Origin: Candidatus Uhrbacteria bacterium RIFCSPHIGHO2_02_FULL_53_13
GTDB taxonomy: Bacteria; Patescibacteriota; Patescibacteriia; UBA9934; UBA11717
DNA: 37,229 nt
Assembly (NCBI GenBank): GCA_001791035.1
Contig: MGDX01000006.1
Location: 1,787 to 39,015 of the forward strand
Direction: 5' to 3'
Under the pieces are notes generated by a model. It searched no databases and was not told where the DNA came from. It saw only the letters and a list, made by a program, of their open reading frames with translations. This document shows, one piece after another, positions 6,826 through 15,647 of the stretch (its first letter is position 1; every line of letters starts with the position of its first letter). Made by a program: the position numbers and the translations under genes.

Positions 6826-7623
6826 GTGAGTATGACCTCCATCATCACTGCTGTGGTACTCGGAAGCCGTGACTACAAAGATTACGATCGCTTTTATGAC
6901 TTGTATACGAAGGAGCGAGGGAAGGTGATGGTGTTTGGCAAAGGGACGCGGAAATTTCAAAGCAAGCTTGCCGCTCACATGCAACCATTTGCAGAATTGA
7001 CGTGCATGGTAGCTCATGGAAAGCTTTGGTTGCGTCTTGCGGGCGTAGAACGACGGCGCGATTTTCCCGGTGTGCGACGCGATCTTCAAACGCTCGGTCT
7101 CGGACTTGGCCTCAATGAACTGCTCCGTGTCGGCGTGGGTTCCGGAGAGTCGGATGCTTCGCTCTATGCGTTTCTTCTTGACGCTTACGCATGGGTGGAT
7201 GCGCTTTCACCCCCATCGCGCCATCGCACCGCGTTCATTCACAGTGCCATTACACTCAAGTGGCTGATTCTGCTCGGCGTTGGACCGCACTGTGACGCGT
7301 GTGTGATTTGTCACTGTGAACTCGAGCGTGTTGTACAGCCCCACATTTCGGTCATGCACGGCGGATTGGTGTGCACAAAATGTGTTCAACAAGATCGACC
7401 TCGGTTTGCGGATGCTCGTCGCGTGAGCCATGAACTCGTCTCCGCCCTACGATTCCTTGCAATGGCACCGTTTGACGTTTTACTCTCTCGCAGTTTTGAA
7501 CCCCTGCTGAACGATTTAGCTGTTGTCCAGGATCAATTTGTCACGTACCATCTTGAGCGAGAACTTAACACCACTGCATTTATTTATGATCTCAACGATC
7601 AACCGATTGCCGAGCTTGCTTGA
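6826..7623 (+). CDS. recO: DNA repair protein RecO
   Basis: OB-fold N-terminus (..AVVLGSRDYKDYDR...LYTKERGK..) and a Cys4 zinc motif, CDACVIC...VCTKC. The start is GTG 6826, or alternatively ATG 6832. Confidence 0.8.
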   Translation: MSMTSIITAVVLGSRDYKDYDRFYDLYTKERGKVMVFGKGTRKFQSKLAAHMQPFAELTCMVAHGKLWLRLAGVERRRDFPGVRRDLQTLGLGLGLNELLRVGVGSGESDASLYAFLLDAYAWVDALSPPSRHRTAFIHSAITLKWLILLGVGPHCDACVICHCELERVVQPHISVMHGGLVCTKCVQQDRPRFADARRVSHELVSALRFLAMAPFDVLLSRSFEPLLNDLAVVQDQFVTYHLERELNTTAFIYDLNDQPIAELA

Positions 7624-8875
7624 TCAGCGCGTTGAACTCACTGGATGGGTGGACAATGTGCGTACATCCGGCAAAATTGGTTTTGTGCAGTTTCGCGATG
7701 GCACAGGATATGTGCAATGCGTGTTTTCAAAAGGAGACGTTGGTGATGCGACATTCGAGACCGTAAAAGGATTGACGCTTGAAATGGCCGTGCGTGTTGC
7801 GGGCAAGGTTGTCAAAGACGAGCGTTCGCCGTCGGGCGTTGAGGTGCAGGGCACAGCGTGCGAAGTCTTGGCGCCGTCAAAGGAGTATCCAATTTCTAAC
7901 AAAGAACACGGTGTTGATTTTCTGATGGACCATCGTCACTTGTGGCTCCGGTCAAAGCGCCAATGGGCGGTGATGCGCGTGCGCGATACCATTGAACGAG
8001 CGACTGTCGATTTTTTGTACGAAAACGGGTTTTTACGCTTGGACTCGCCGATTTTGACGCCAAACGCGTGCGAAGGAACGACGGAACTCTATGAAGTTGA
8101 TCACTTTGGTCGGCCGGCATACCTTTCGCAATCGGGACAGCTCTACAGTGAGGCCGGCATTTTTGCGCACCGACGCGTGTACGACTTTGGGCCGGTATTT
8201 CGTGCTGAAAAGAGCAAGACACGCCGCCACCTGAACGAGTTTTGGATGATGGATGCTGAAATGGCTTTTTGCGACTTTGAAGAGAGCATGCAGATACAGG
8301 AGGACCTGGTTGTATTCATTGTCGAGCGCGTTTTGTTGGAACGCCGAGCTGAACTGGCGATGCTTGACCGCGATATTTCTGCACTTGAGAAGGTGAAAGG
8401 ACCATTTCCGCGTCTGACACACAAGGAAGCCGTAGAGAAACTACACACACTCGGGAGCGACATCCACGAGGACGAGGACTTGGGAGGCGACGATGAAACG
8501 CTGCTCACCCAAGAATACGAAACGCCGATTTTCGTGACAAAGTATCCGGCGATCGTGAAGGCGTTTTACATGAAGCGTGATCCGCAGGATGACACGCGCG
8601 TGCTTTGCGCCGATCTCTTGGCACCGGAAGGATATGGAGAAGTGATAGGCGGTTCACAGCGTGAAGACGATATAGAAATTCTCATGAACAAAATTCGTGT
8701 TCACGATTTGCCGCTTGAACAATTTCAGTGGTACTTGGATTTGCGCCGTTATGGCTCCGTACCACACAGTGGCTTTGGATACGGACTCGAGCGTTTGGTG
8801 ACATGGATGTGTGGTACTAAGCACGTGCGCGAAGCCATTCCGTTCCCGCGCACGCTCACGCGGCTGGAGCCGTGA
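7586..8875 (+). CDS. asnS: Asparaginyl-tRNA synthetase
   Basis: Class IIb motifs FRAEKSKTRRHLNEFWMMDAEMAF, GSQRE, and RRYGSVPHSGFGYGLERL..FPRT. PHSGFG and FPRT favour AsnRS over AspRS. ATG 7586 gives a typical N-terminus. The start is ambiguous: 7523 TTG or 7616 TTG are possible. The gene overlaps the recO 3' end. Confidence 0.85.
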   Translation: MISTINRLPSLLDQRVELTGWVDNVRTSGKIGFVQFRDGTGYVQCVFSKGDVGDATFETVKGLTLEMAVRVAGKVVKDERSPSGVEVQGTACEVLAPSKEYPISNKEHGVDFLMDHRHLWLRSKRQWAVMRVRDTIERATVDFLYENGFLRLDSPILTPNACEGTTELYEVDHFGRPAYLSQSGQLYSEAGIFAHRRVYDFGPVFRAEKSKTRRHLNEFWMMDAEMAFCDFEESMQIQEDLVVFIVERVLLERRAELAMLDRDISALEKVKGPFPRLTHKEAVEKLHTLGSDIHEDEDLGGDDETLLTQEYETPIFVTKYPAIVKAFYMKRDPQDDTRVLCADLLAPEGYGEVIGGSQREDDIEILMNKIRVHDLPLEQFQWYLDLRRYGSVPHSGFGYGLERLVTWMCGTKHVREAIPFPRTLTRLEP

Positions 8876-9003
8876 CGACGGTTCTGATTTTGAAACTGCT
8901 TTCTTATTCGCCAAGGCTACGGAAGACAGGTCGCTTGGTTCACAAAGATGGATAGAGGACGCGCTCAAAAGCTTGAGCTTGTTCTATCGGGTGGTGACAA
9001 CGC

Positions 9004-9032
9004 TTGACAGAATTACACTTGGAGTCAATAAT
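9004..9032 (+). promoter_or_regulatory. Possible ddl promoter
   Basis: TTGACA, 17 nt, AATAAT. The -10 ends only 2 nt before the annotated ATG at 9035, so either the promoter or the start call is uncertain. Confidence 0.3.
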
Positions 9033-9034
9033 CT

Positions 9035-10129
9035 ATGCGGAAATTAGTTGTGGGGGTAATGTTTGGCGGGCGTTCAGCAGAGCATGAGATTTCTCTATTG
9101 TCGGCCTATAATATCATCGCCGCAATACCAAAAACGAAGTACAGTATCGTTCCGATCGGTGTCAGCAAAGACGGATCATATCTGTGCTATACAAAAGAAG
9201 ACTCCATTCTTCATCCAATGGATGCCAAGAGAGTATGCTTGGCAAAGCACGGCGTTCCTGTCACATTCGAGTTTGGTGAGGAGGGCCGCATTGTTTCGTT
9301 AAAGGGGAATGGCATGAAGAAACGGTTAGACGTTGTTTTTCCCGTCTTGCATGGTACCTATGGGGAAGATGGAACGATGCAGGGACTACTGAGTCTTGCC
9401 GATATTCCGTTTGTGGGTTCGGGTGTTTTGGGCTCAGCGATTGGCATGGATAAGGACGTCGCAAAGCGGTTGTGGCGCGATGCAGGTTTACCGATCGCGA
9501 AGTTTCTCGTTTTTCGCAGTGAAGACATAAAGAACATTCGATTCCAATCGGTCGCACGTAAACTTGGTCTGCCATTTTTTGTCAAACCGGCCATTGCAGG
9601 CTCGTCTGTCGGCGTTCATCGAGTTGTAAACGTAAAACAATTTTCCGATGCACTGCGCGATGCGTTTTCTTTTAGTCGGAAAGTTTTAATTGAACGGATG
9701 ATTGTAGGAAAGGAGATTGAATGTTCTGTTTTGGGGAACGATCAACCAGTTGTCTCATTGCCTGGAATGGTGATTCCCTCACACAGCTTTTATTCTTATG
9801 AAGCAAAATATCTCGACGAGAATGGCGCTCATTTTGAAATTCCCGCTTTATTATCGACGAAGGTTGTAAAAAAGATTCAGCGCATTGTCTTGGAAGCATT
9901 CAAAATTTTGGAGCTTGAGGGGATGGCTCGTATAGACGGTTTTCTCACTCAAAAAGGAGAGTTTATCTTGAGCGAAGCAAATACTATCCCGGGCTTTACC
10001 AAGATCAGCATGTATCCAAAACTGTGGGAGGTGAGTGGTGTGAGCTATCCTGACCTGATTGATCGTCTCATTCAATTGGCGATTGCGCGACACAAAAAAG
10101 AGCGCCTTTTAAAAATGATTCGGCTCTGA
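9035..10129 (+). CDS. ddl: D-alanine--D-alanine ligase
   Basis: MRKLVVGVMFGGRSAEHEISLLSA N-terminus, ..VFPVLHG.YGEDG..QG.L.., and ..EANTIPGFT..S.YPKLW... This is the classic Ddl ATP-grasp pattern. Confidence 0.92.
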   Translation: MRKLVVGVMFGGRSAEHEISLLSAYNIIAAIPKTKYSIVPIGVSKDGSYLCYTKEDSILHPMDAKRVCLAKHGVPVTFEFGEEGRIVSLKGNGMKKRLDVVFPVLHGTYGEDGTMQGLLSLADIPFVGSGVLGSAIGMDKDVAKRLWRDAGLPIAKFLVFRSEDIKNIRFQSVARKLGLPFFVKPAIAGSSVGVHRVVNVKQFSDALRDAFSFSRKVLIERMIVGKEIECSVLGNDQPVVSLPGMVIPSHSFYSYEAKYLDENGAHFEIPALLSTKVVKKIQRIVLEAFKILELEGMARIDGFLTQKGEFILSEANTIPGFTKISMYPKLWEVSGVSYPDLIDRLIQLAIARHKKERLLKMIRL

Positions 10130-10146
10130 TTCCCCAATTCGTTGTG

Positions 10147-10155
10147 TGATAGAAT
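10147..10155 (+). promoter_or_regulatory. Extended -10 element upstream of aspS
   Basis: TG-a-TAGAAT, 21 nt before the aspS ATG. The leader that follows is G-poor (gtctccattcctatcatacct). Confidence 0.35.
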
Positions 10156-10176
10156 GTCTCCATTCCTATCATACCT

Positions 10177-11580
10177 ATGAAACAGCGTATTTTGGCGGCG
10201 GAAACTACTGGAAAGGTCGGCGAGGAGATTGAAATTTGTGGATGGGTACATGCCCGCCGCAATATGGGGAAGGTGGCTTTTTTGGATATACGCGATCGAT
10301 CGGGCATCGTACAGGTGGTGGTAGTCCCAAAAGAGCTGGATGAAGTATCCAAGTCGCTCATAGAAGGAATTCGTCCGGAATTTGTTCTGCAGATTCGTGG
10401 GACGGTTCAGGCGCGCGGCGAAAAACAGATCAACGCAAACATGAAAACGGGGACGGTGGAAGTACTCGCGACGTCGATCGTGATTTTGAATAGAAGCGAA
10501 ACGCCTCCGTTTGAGATTGATAAAGACACCTTAGGCGTAAGCGAAGATGTGCGGCTCAAGTATCGCTATCTTGATTTGCGTTCCGAGCGTCTTACGCACC
10601 ACATTCGTTTGCGCAGTCGCTTTGTTCAGGCCTGCCGAGAGTTTTTGTTTCAGAGGGACTTTACGGAAATTGAAACGCCGCTCTTGTCACAGGCAACGCC
10701 CGAAGGGTCGCGCGACTTTGTGGTGCCGTCGCGCTTACAGCCGGGGAAGTTTTTTGCGCTTCCACAGAGCCCGCAACAGTACAAACAATTGCTCATGGTC
10801 GCTGGCTTTGAGCGGTATTTTCAAATTGCGCGTGCTCTGCGCGACGAAGATCCTCGTGCCGACCGTGGATTTGAGCACACACAAATTGACATTGAGATGA
10901 GTTTTGTCGATCGCGATCAAGTGATGCAGATGGTGGAAGACATGATGATTCACGCCGTTCAAACGCTGGGGTTTACCATCAAACAGGTTCCGTTTCCGCG
11001 TATTTCGTATCAAGAAGCGATGGAGCGTTATGGCGCCGACAAGTTTGACTTGCGCACGGATGAAGAAAAGGAAAAGAGAATTTTAGCGTACGCGTGGGTG
11101 GTGGATTTTCCGTTTTTCGAAAAGACCGAGAATGGCGGATGGACGTTCACGCATAACCCATTTTCTAACCCTCTGCCGGAATTTCGTGACGATTTGTTGA
11201 ATGGCCGCAACGTTGAGAACATTCTGACATCGCAATACGACTTGGTTTGCAACGGGTATGAGTCGGGCGGAGGCAGTATTCGCGCGCACGAGGCTGAAGT
11301 CTTGCGCGCCACTTATGGCGTGATGGGGTACTCGGACGAAGAAACCGAGGCATCGGTGGGACACATTCTGGAGGCTTTCAAGTATGGTGCGCCGCCGCAC
11401 GGAGGTATAGGGCTTGGCGTGGAGCGCAACATCATGAACTTGACGGGGGAGTCGTATCTGCGTGAAGTCGTGGCGTTTCCGATGACGGGTTCCGGGAATA
11501 CATCGGTGATGCATGCACCGGGGCCGTTGCCAAAGGCGGTGACGGACGAGCTTGGACTGGAAGTAAAGCCGAACCAATGA
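10177..11580 (+). CDS. aspS: Aspartyl-tRNA synthetase, bacterial type, lacking the GAD insertion domain
   Basis: QSPQQYKQLLMVAGFERYFQIARALRDEDPRADRGFEHTQIDIEMSF and YGAPPHGGIGLGVER motifs. It is only 467 aa. The sequence goes from ..YGADKFDLR to ..WVVDFPFFE.. within about 15 residues. Confidence 0.9.
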   Translation: MKQRILAAETTGKVGEEIEICGWVHARRNMGKVAFLDIRDRSGIVQVVVVPKELDEVSKSLIEGIRPEFVLQIRGTVQARGEKQINANMKTGTVEVLATSIVILNRSETPPFEIDKDTLGVSEDVRLKYRYLDLRSERLTHHIRLRSRFVQACREFLFQRDFTEIETPLLSQATPEGSRDFVVPSRLQPGKFFALPQSPQQYKQLLMVAGFERYFQIARALRDEDPRADRGFEHTQIDIEMSFVDRDQVMQMVEDMMIHAVQTLGFTIKQVPFPRISYQEAMERYGADKFDLRTDEEKEKRILAYAWVVDFPFFEKTENGGWTFTHNPFSNPLPEFRDDLLNGRNVENILTSQYDLVCNGYESGGGSIRAHEAEVLRATYGVMGYSDEETEASVGHILEAFKYGAPPHGGIGLGVERNIMNLTGESYLREVVAFPMTGSGNTSVMHAPGPLPKAVTDELGLEVKPNQ

Positions 11581-12269
11581 GCTACACGGTGACAATGGAG
11601 CAGTTTGAAGGGCCGCTTGGGTTGTTGCTGTCGCTGATTGAACGGCGCGAACTCGACATTTCACAAGTGAGTTTGGCGAGCATCACAGAGGAGTACGTTG
11701 CGCACTTAGAGCGAGTGGAGACAGTCGCCCCGAGTGAGTTGGCGGATTTTTTGGTGGTCGCTTCAAAACTCTTGTATCTCAAATCAAAAACACTCTTGCC
11801 GGAATTGGCGATAGAAGACGAAGAGTCGGGAGCGGATTTAGCCGACCAATTACGCATGTACAAAAGATTTGCTCAAGCTGCTGATTGGTTTGAAACGATG
11901 CTTGGGGACGGTCGCGAGGCGTACGTCGCACCGCGACAAGCGATTGAAGCGTCCGAATTTGCGCCGCCTCTATTGCTGACAACGACCGATTTGTTCAGCG
12001 CTCTCACATCAGTCATTCAACGCCTCCAGCCATATCTCGATCTGCCAAAACGGCTCATGGAGCGCACCGCCAGCGTGGAAGAGCACATTATGCATCTCAA
12101 ACGCCGTATTGCAGAGGGTGCTCGGGTCCTGTTTCACGAAATGGCACAGAGCGGATCTCGCGGCGATATGGTGACGAGTTTTTTAGCGCTTTTGGAGCTT
12201 TTGAAACAAAAGATTGTACGTGTGGAACAGCGAAGCTTGTTTGAAGACATATCCATTGAACGCGTATGA
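11577..12269 (+). CDS. scpA: Segregation and condensation protein A
   Basis: ..FEGPLGLLLSLIERRELDISQVSLA.IT.EY.. is an ScpA kleisin N-terminus. The start overlaps the aspS stop as ATGA. Confidence 0.88.
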   Translation: MSYTVTMEQFEGPLGLLLSLIERRELDISQVSLASITEEYVAHLERVETVAPSELADFLVVASKLLYLKSKTLLPELAIEDEESGADLADQLRMYKRFAQAADWFETMLGDGREAYVAPRQAIEASEFAPPLLLTTTDLFSALTSVIQRLQPYLDLPKRLMERTASVEEHIMHLKRRIAEGARVLFHEMAQSGSRGDMVTSFLALLELLKQKIVRVEQRSLFEDISIERV

Positions 12270-12799
12270 ACACAAAAGTTGCTCAACTTGAGGGCTTGTT
12301 ATTTGTCGCCGGGAAGCCGCTAACACTCACTCGATTGGCAAAAGAATTGAACGCGACACCGGATGAAATTCGTTCAGCGTTAGATCAGGTAACGGAACAT
12401 TTGAATCACGAGGGTTCCGGTATCAGATTGTTTGTGACCCAAAGGGAAGCGTCGTTGATGACCGCGCCGGAGACGGCAGAGTTTGTGCGCGCATACTTAA
12501 AAAAGGATTTGACCGGCGAGCTCACGCGGCCGTCGGTGGAAACGCTTGCCATCATTGCGTATCGCGGGCCGATTACGAAGCCGGAGATTGAGCAGATTCG
12601 CGGAGTGAACTGTTCGCTGATTTTGCGCAACCTGATGATTCGAGGGCTCGTGGACGAAGTAGAGTCACCGGAGGGGAGCACCTACACGGTTTCTATGCCG
12701 TTTTTACGCCATCTGGGAGTGACCTCTATGGATACGTTGCCGGACTTTGCGGTGCTAAGTGATCCCTCGCTCACGGAGTCTTCTGCACCATCAACATGA
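12266..12799 (+). CDS. scpB: Segregation and condensation protein B
   Basis: ..LEGLLFVAGKPLTL..LA.. and ..LAIIAYRGPITKPEIEQIRGV.. are typical ScpB winged-helix repeats. ATGA overlap with scpA. Confidence 0.88.
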   Translation: MNTKVAQLEGLLFVAGKPLTLTRLAKELNATPDEIRSALDQVTEHLNHEGSGIRLFVTQREASLMTAPETAEFVRAYLKKDLTGELTRPSVETLAIIAYRGPITKPEIEQIRGVNCSLILRNLMIRGLVDEVESPEGSTYTVSMPFLRHLGVTSMDTLPDFAVLSDPSLTESSAPST

Positions 12800-13728
12800 C
12801 TCTCGCTTCCGTGATCAACGTGTTTCTCGTGTTGGCGCTCGTTCCGCTTTTTCCGGGTGCGGTTGTGGCGCCGAATCCAACCGATACGCATGTAGCGCTG
12901 GTGCGTGCCGCAAGCGGCGCGTTCCCGTCTGCCAATCTGCGCGGACCACGGCGCGTGGACACCGACGCGCTCGGTGTGGTGACAAACGCGCCCTCATTTG
13001 TGGTGCGCGATGTGGAAAGCGGCGTGACGCTTCTTTCGGGCGTGCCGAGCGAGCCGCGCCCCATGGCGAGCATCACCAAACTCATGACTGCGCTTGTTTT
13101 CTTGGACGATCCGACGTTTAACCTCGAACGCCGCGGAACGGTTCTGCGCGAAGACGTACGCGACGGCGGGCGTTGGTATATTCGTTTTGGCGATGAGGTG
13201 TCGTTTGATCAAATGCTTTCAGTCATGCTCGTGGGTTCCGGAAACAACGAGACGCTCGCACTTGTGCGCGAGCTGGGACTCTCGGAGGAGACTTTCGTGG
13301 CGCGCATGAACACAATTGCGACCGAGCTTGGCATGTACGACACCGTGTTTGTTGATCCTGTTGGATTGGGGGCGGGAAATCTTTCGACGGCGTACGATGT
13401 GACGCAATTATTGGATGCCGCGCTTGCCAACGAAACGATTGCAGAGCGCGTTCGTCTGCCGTCGTACACGTTTGAATCTAGAACGGGTAACACGTATGTT
13501 GTTGAGGCGACCGACCAACTGCTCGATTCGTACATCAACCGATCGCCGTATGCCATTCACGGCGGTAAGACCGGATTTACGGATGAAGCGGGAGCGTGCC
13601 TTACGATTCGCATCGAGCGTGATGGACACTCGATTGATGTGACCGTGCTTGGCGCCGCGAGCATTGATGGTCGATTTCAAGATGTGAAGGCGCTGACCGA
13701 TTGGGCGTTTAGCGTGTATGAGTGGTGA
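12796..13728 (+). CDS. Serine-type D-Ala-D-Ala carboxypeptidase (peptidase S11/PBP5-like)
   Basis: An N-terminal signal/TM segment and the SxxK (SITK), SxN (SGN) and KTG (GGKTGFT) active-site triad in the correct order. Confidence 0.8.
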   Translation: MTLASVINVFLVLALVPLFPGAVVAPNPTDTHVALVRAASGAFPSANLRGPRRVDTDALGVVTNAPSFVVRDVESGVTLLSGVPSEPRPMASITKLMTALVFLDDPTFNLERRGTVLREDVRDGGRWYIRFGDEVSFDQMLSVMLVGSGNNETLALVRELGLSEETFVARMNTIATELGMYDTVFVDPVGLGAGNLSTAYDVTQLLDAALANETIAERVRLPSYTFESRTGNTYVVEATDQLLDSYINRSPYAIHGGKTGFTDEAGACLTIRIERDGHSIDVTVLGAASIDGRFQDVKALTDWAFSVYEW

Positions 13729-14230
13729 ACTCATAGAGAGCGTATTGTTACTATTGCGCGGATGGCCGCCGGAACTCGTGACGTTTTTGATAGCGTCATT
13801 GCCGGTGTTGGAGGTGCGCGTTGCCGTTCCCGTGGCCATGGAAGGGTTTGGACTTTCCATGTTCTCGGCGAGTTTTTTTGGTTTTCTTGGGAGCGTCGTA
13901 CCTGCGTTTTTGATTCCCACGTTTTTGCACTGGTTTGAAGCTCCATGCCGAAAGCACATTCCATGGTGTGCTCGCGCCTTGGATTGGTCCGCGGAGCATG
14001 TCGAGCGACGATACACAGAGCGATATCGCGCGCTGGGTATGATTGGCTTGGTGGTGTTTGTTGCCGTTCCGTTGCCCATGACGGGCGTGTGGACCGGTTC
14101 TCTGGCCGCGTGGCTCTTTCGCATGAAAAAACGCCACGCGATTCCGGCAATCATGGTCGGCGCAGCAATCTCAACGGTGATCGTGACGCTCGCGACTATG
14201 GGCGTGTTCGGAGTTTTGCGGTGGCTCTAA
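13718..14230 (+). CDS. Small membrane protein, COG2426 / small multidrug export-like family
   Basis: 170 aa with about 4 TM helices. The ..LPVLEVRVAVPVAM..G.. motif resembles that family. Overlaps the preceding gene by 11 nt. Confidence 0.55.
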   Translation: MSGELIESVLLLLRGWPPELVTFLIASLPVLEVRVAVPVAMEGFGLSMFSASFFGFLGSVVPAFLIPTFLHWFEAPCRKHIPWCARALDWSAEHVERRYTERYRALGMIGLVVFVAVPLPMTGVWTGSLAAWLFRMKKRHAIPAIMVGAAISTVIVTLATMGVFGVLRWL

Positions 14231-14691
14231 AACCATCGTTGGGCCACGATGACAAAAACCGCTTGGGCAAACAACGCATAGCGCAGAGGGACGTCGCCCC
14301 AGCGATTGGAAATCATATTGTGGAAGAAGAAATGGAGGCGATGGAACCACCGCAGCCATTTTATGTGGAATGCCTCATGGATACCGATGATGAGGTCCGG
14401 CAAGATGGATCCGATAACGCCCATCGCGATGGAGGCGTTTAGGTACTGAACGGGCTGGAAGCCGGTCATGAGCGCGATAACCATGACGGCGACAATACCG
14501 TCTATGGTGACGAACGCGTAAGCGCGGCGGTGTTTTTGTTTACGTTTGTGGTTTTCGTACAGTTCGCGATCGCCATGGGGAATGATGTCGACGAGGAAGT
14601 GAGATAGTAAACCTGCGCCAAATGCCAAAAAAGGATTTCCGGTGGCGGCGCCAATCAAAGCGCCAATAGTTGCATGGGTCGTGAGGGTCAT
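14227..14691 (-). CDS. Membrane-bound metal-dependent hydrolase, YdjM/DUF457-like
   Basis: 154 aa, TH..IG...G N-terminus, ..LSHFLVDIIPHGD.. His/Asp motif, several TM helices. Its stop overlaps the convergent gene's stop (CTAA). Confidence 0.55.
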   Translation of the reverse strand: MTLTTHATIGALIGAATGNPFLAFGAGLLSHFLVDIIPHGDRELYENHKRKQKHRRAYAFVTIDGIVAVMVIALMTGFQPVQYLNASIAMGVIGSILPDLIIGIHEAFHIKWLRWFHRLHFFFHNMISNRWGDVPLRYALFAQAVFVIVAQRWF

Positions 14692-14712
14692 GGAAAACCA
14701 AGTATAGCATGC

Positions 14713-14741
14713 TTGACGGCAATCTTCAAAGATGGTGTACT
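14713..14741 (+). promoter_or_regulatory. Putative promoter of the vWA gene
   Basis: TTGACG, 17 nt, TGTACT. It lies downstream of the ORF-track start (14709), which supports ATG 14757 as the true start. Confidence 0.45.
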
Positions 14742-14756
14742 CGTATTGGATACATC

Positions 14757-15455
14757 ATGAACATCCAACTCCCACGGGAAATAAAGGGAAGTGATGCGGT
14801 GCTTGTGACGTTGCTTTTGGACGATTCGGATTCGATTAGTGCCTGCAGGAACGTCTCTGTGGTGACACGCGGGGCCAACGCATTTCGCGAGCAGTTGATT
14901 CGGCGTGGCGGAAGCGCGATGCAAGCATTTTTGCGCGTTGCTACGCTCAATCAACGAGACGTTGGCCGCGACTTTGTTGTCCTATCAAATACCGAGCCGC
15001 TGGAAAACGACGACTGGTTCAGGCCGGGTTTCAATACCCCGCTCTTTGCGGCGGCGCGCCGCGCCTTGTACGTGTCGGCAGAGTCCGCTCGCCGCGCACG
15101 GGTGTGGTACAGCGGCGACGTTTTGTCCATCACGGTGATTGTGACCGACGGCGCCGACAATGCCAGTGGAGACATTACGGCGCAGAGAGTGTGCCGTCGT
15201 GTGCAGAAGATGCTTGCTACAGGGCATCACATGGTGGTTGGTTGTGGCGTTTATGACGGTGCGACCGATTTCCATGCCGTATTCCGGAGCATGGGCATTC
15301 CAGACCGGATGGTCATGGTCATGGAACGAACCGACGAGGACATTGAGGAGGGTTTGACAAACCTTGGACGGTTTGCGGCAGCCTCGACGGAGAACATTGG
15401 CACGTTCACGCAGAATCTTGCGGCTGGGGTTGGGTCCACGCCGTCCGTGCCGTAG
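14757..15455 (+). CDS. Stand-alone von Willebrand factor A (vWA)-like protein with a MIDAS motif
   Basis: DxSxS (LLLDDSDSIS), a later Thr (FNTPLF) and VIVTDGADN in vWA order. No signal peptide or TM segment is seen. Confidence 0.55.
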   Translation: MNIQLPREIKGSDAVLVTLLLDDSDSISACRNVSVVTRGANAFREQLIRRGGSAMQAFLRVATLNQRDVGRDFVVLSNTEPLENDDWFRPGFNTPLFAAARRALYVSAESARRARVWYSGDVLSITVIVTDGADNASGDITAQRVCRRVQKMLATGHHMVVGCGVYDGATDFHAVFRSMGIPDRMVMVMERTDEDIEEGLTNLGRFAAASTENIGTFTQNLAAGVGSTPSVP

Positions 15456-15501
15456 CTTTTTTCGCCCAACGTCGGTGCACGATGTTGGGCGATCGTATTT
15501 C

Positions 15502-15530
15502 TTGACAGACACAGGGCAAAACGGTACACT
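15502..15530 (+). promoter_or_regulatory. Putative promoter of the tRNA-Met/tRNA-fMet unit
   Basis: TTGACA, 17 nt, TACACT, about 40 nt upstream of the first tRNA. Confidence 0.5.
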
Positions 15531-15568
15531 CGTGACGAAAATCCGAGCGATAAGGTGGGGAGTGATGT

Positions 15569-15645
15569 GGCGGGGTAGCTCAGCTGGTTAGAGCACAGGC
15601 TTCATAAGCCTGGGGTCGCGGGTTCAAGTCCCGCCTCCGCTACCA
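15569..15645 (+). tRNA. tRNA-Met (anticodon CAT; elongator type, tRNA-Ile2/lysidine not excluded)
   Basis: GGCGGGG-TA-GCTC-AGCTGGTTA-GAGC-A-CAGGC-TTCATAA-GCCTG-GGGTC-GCGGG-TTCAAGT-CCCGC-CTCCGCT-A-CCA. Canonical 77-nt cloverleaf. Confidence 0.9.
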
Positions 15646-15647
15646 AT

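Noticed and set aside
8963-8985. A possible terminator after asnS (GCTCAA-AAGC-TTGAGC followed by TTGTTCTAT), and a similar weak hairpin at 20017..20033 at the parB stop.
   Set aside because: The stems are short (5-6 bp) and AT-containing, with poor T-tracts. They are not distinguishable from chance by eye.
14709-14756. Upstream-extended starts in the ORF track for several genes (vWA 14709, TPM 16298, hypothetical 17113, parA 18267, yqeY-like 32711, rpsH 679, topA 25984, dprA 26937, pth 27476, LCP 30307, lepB 30255).
   Set aside because: The extensions overlap the preceding gene, a terminator or the gene's own predicted promoter. Internal ATG or GTG codons give canonical family N-termini.
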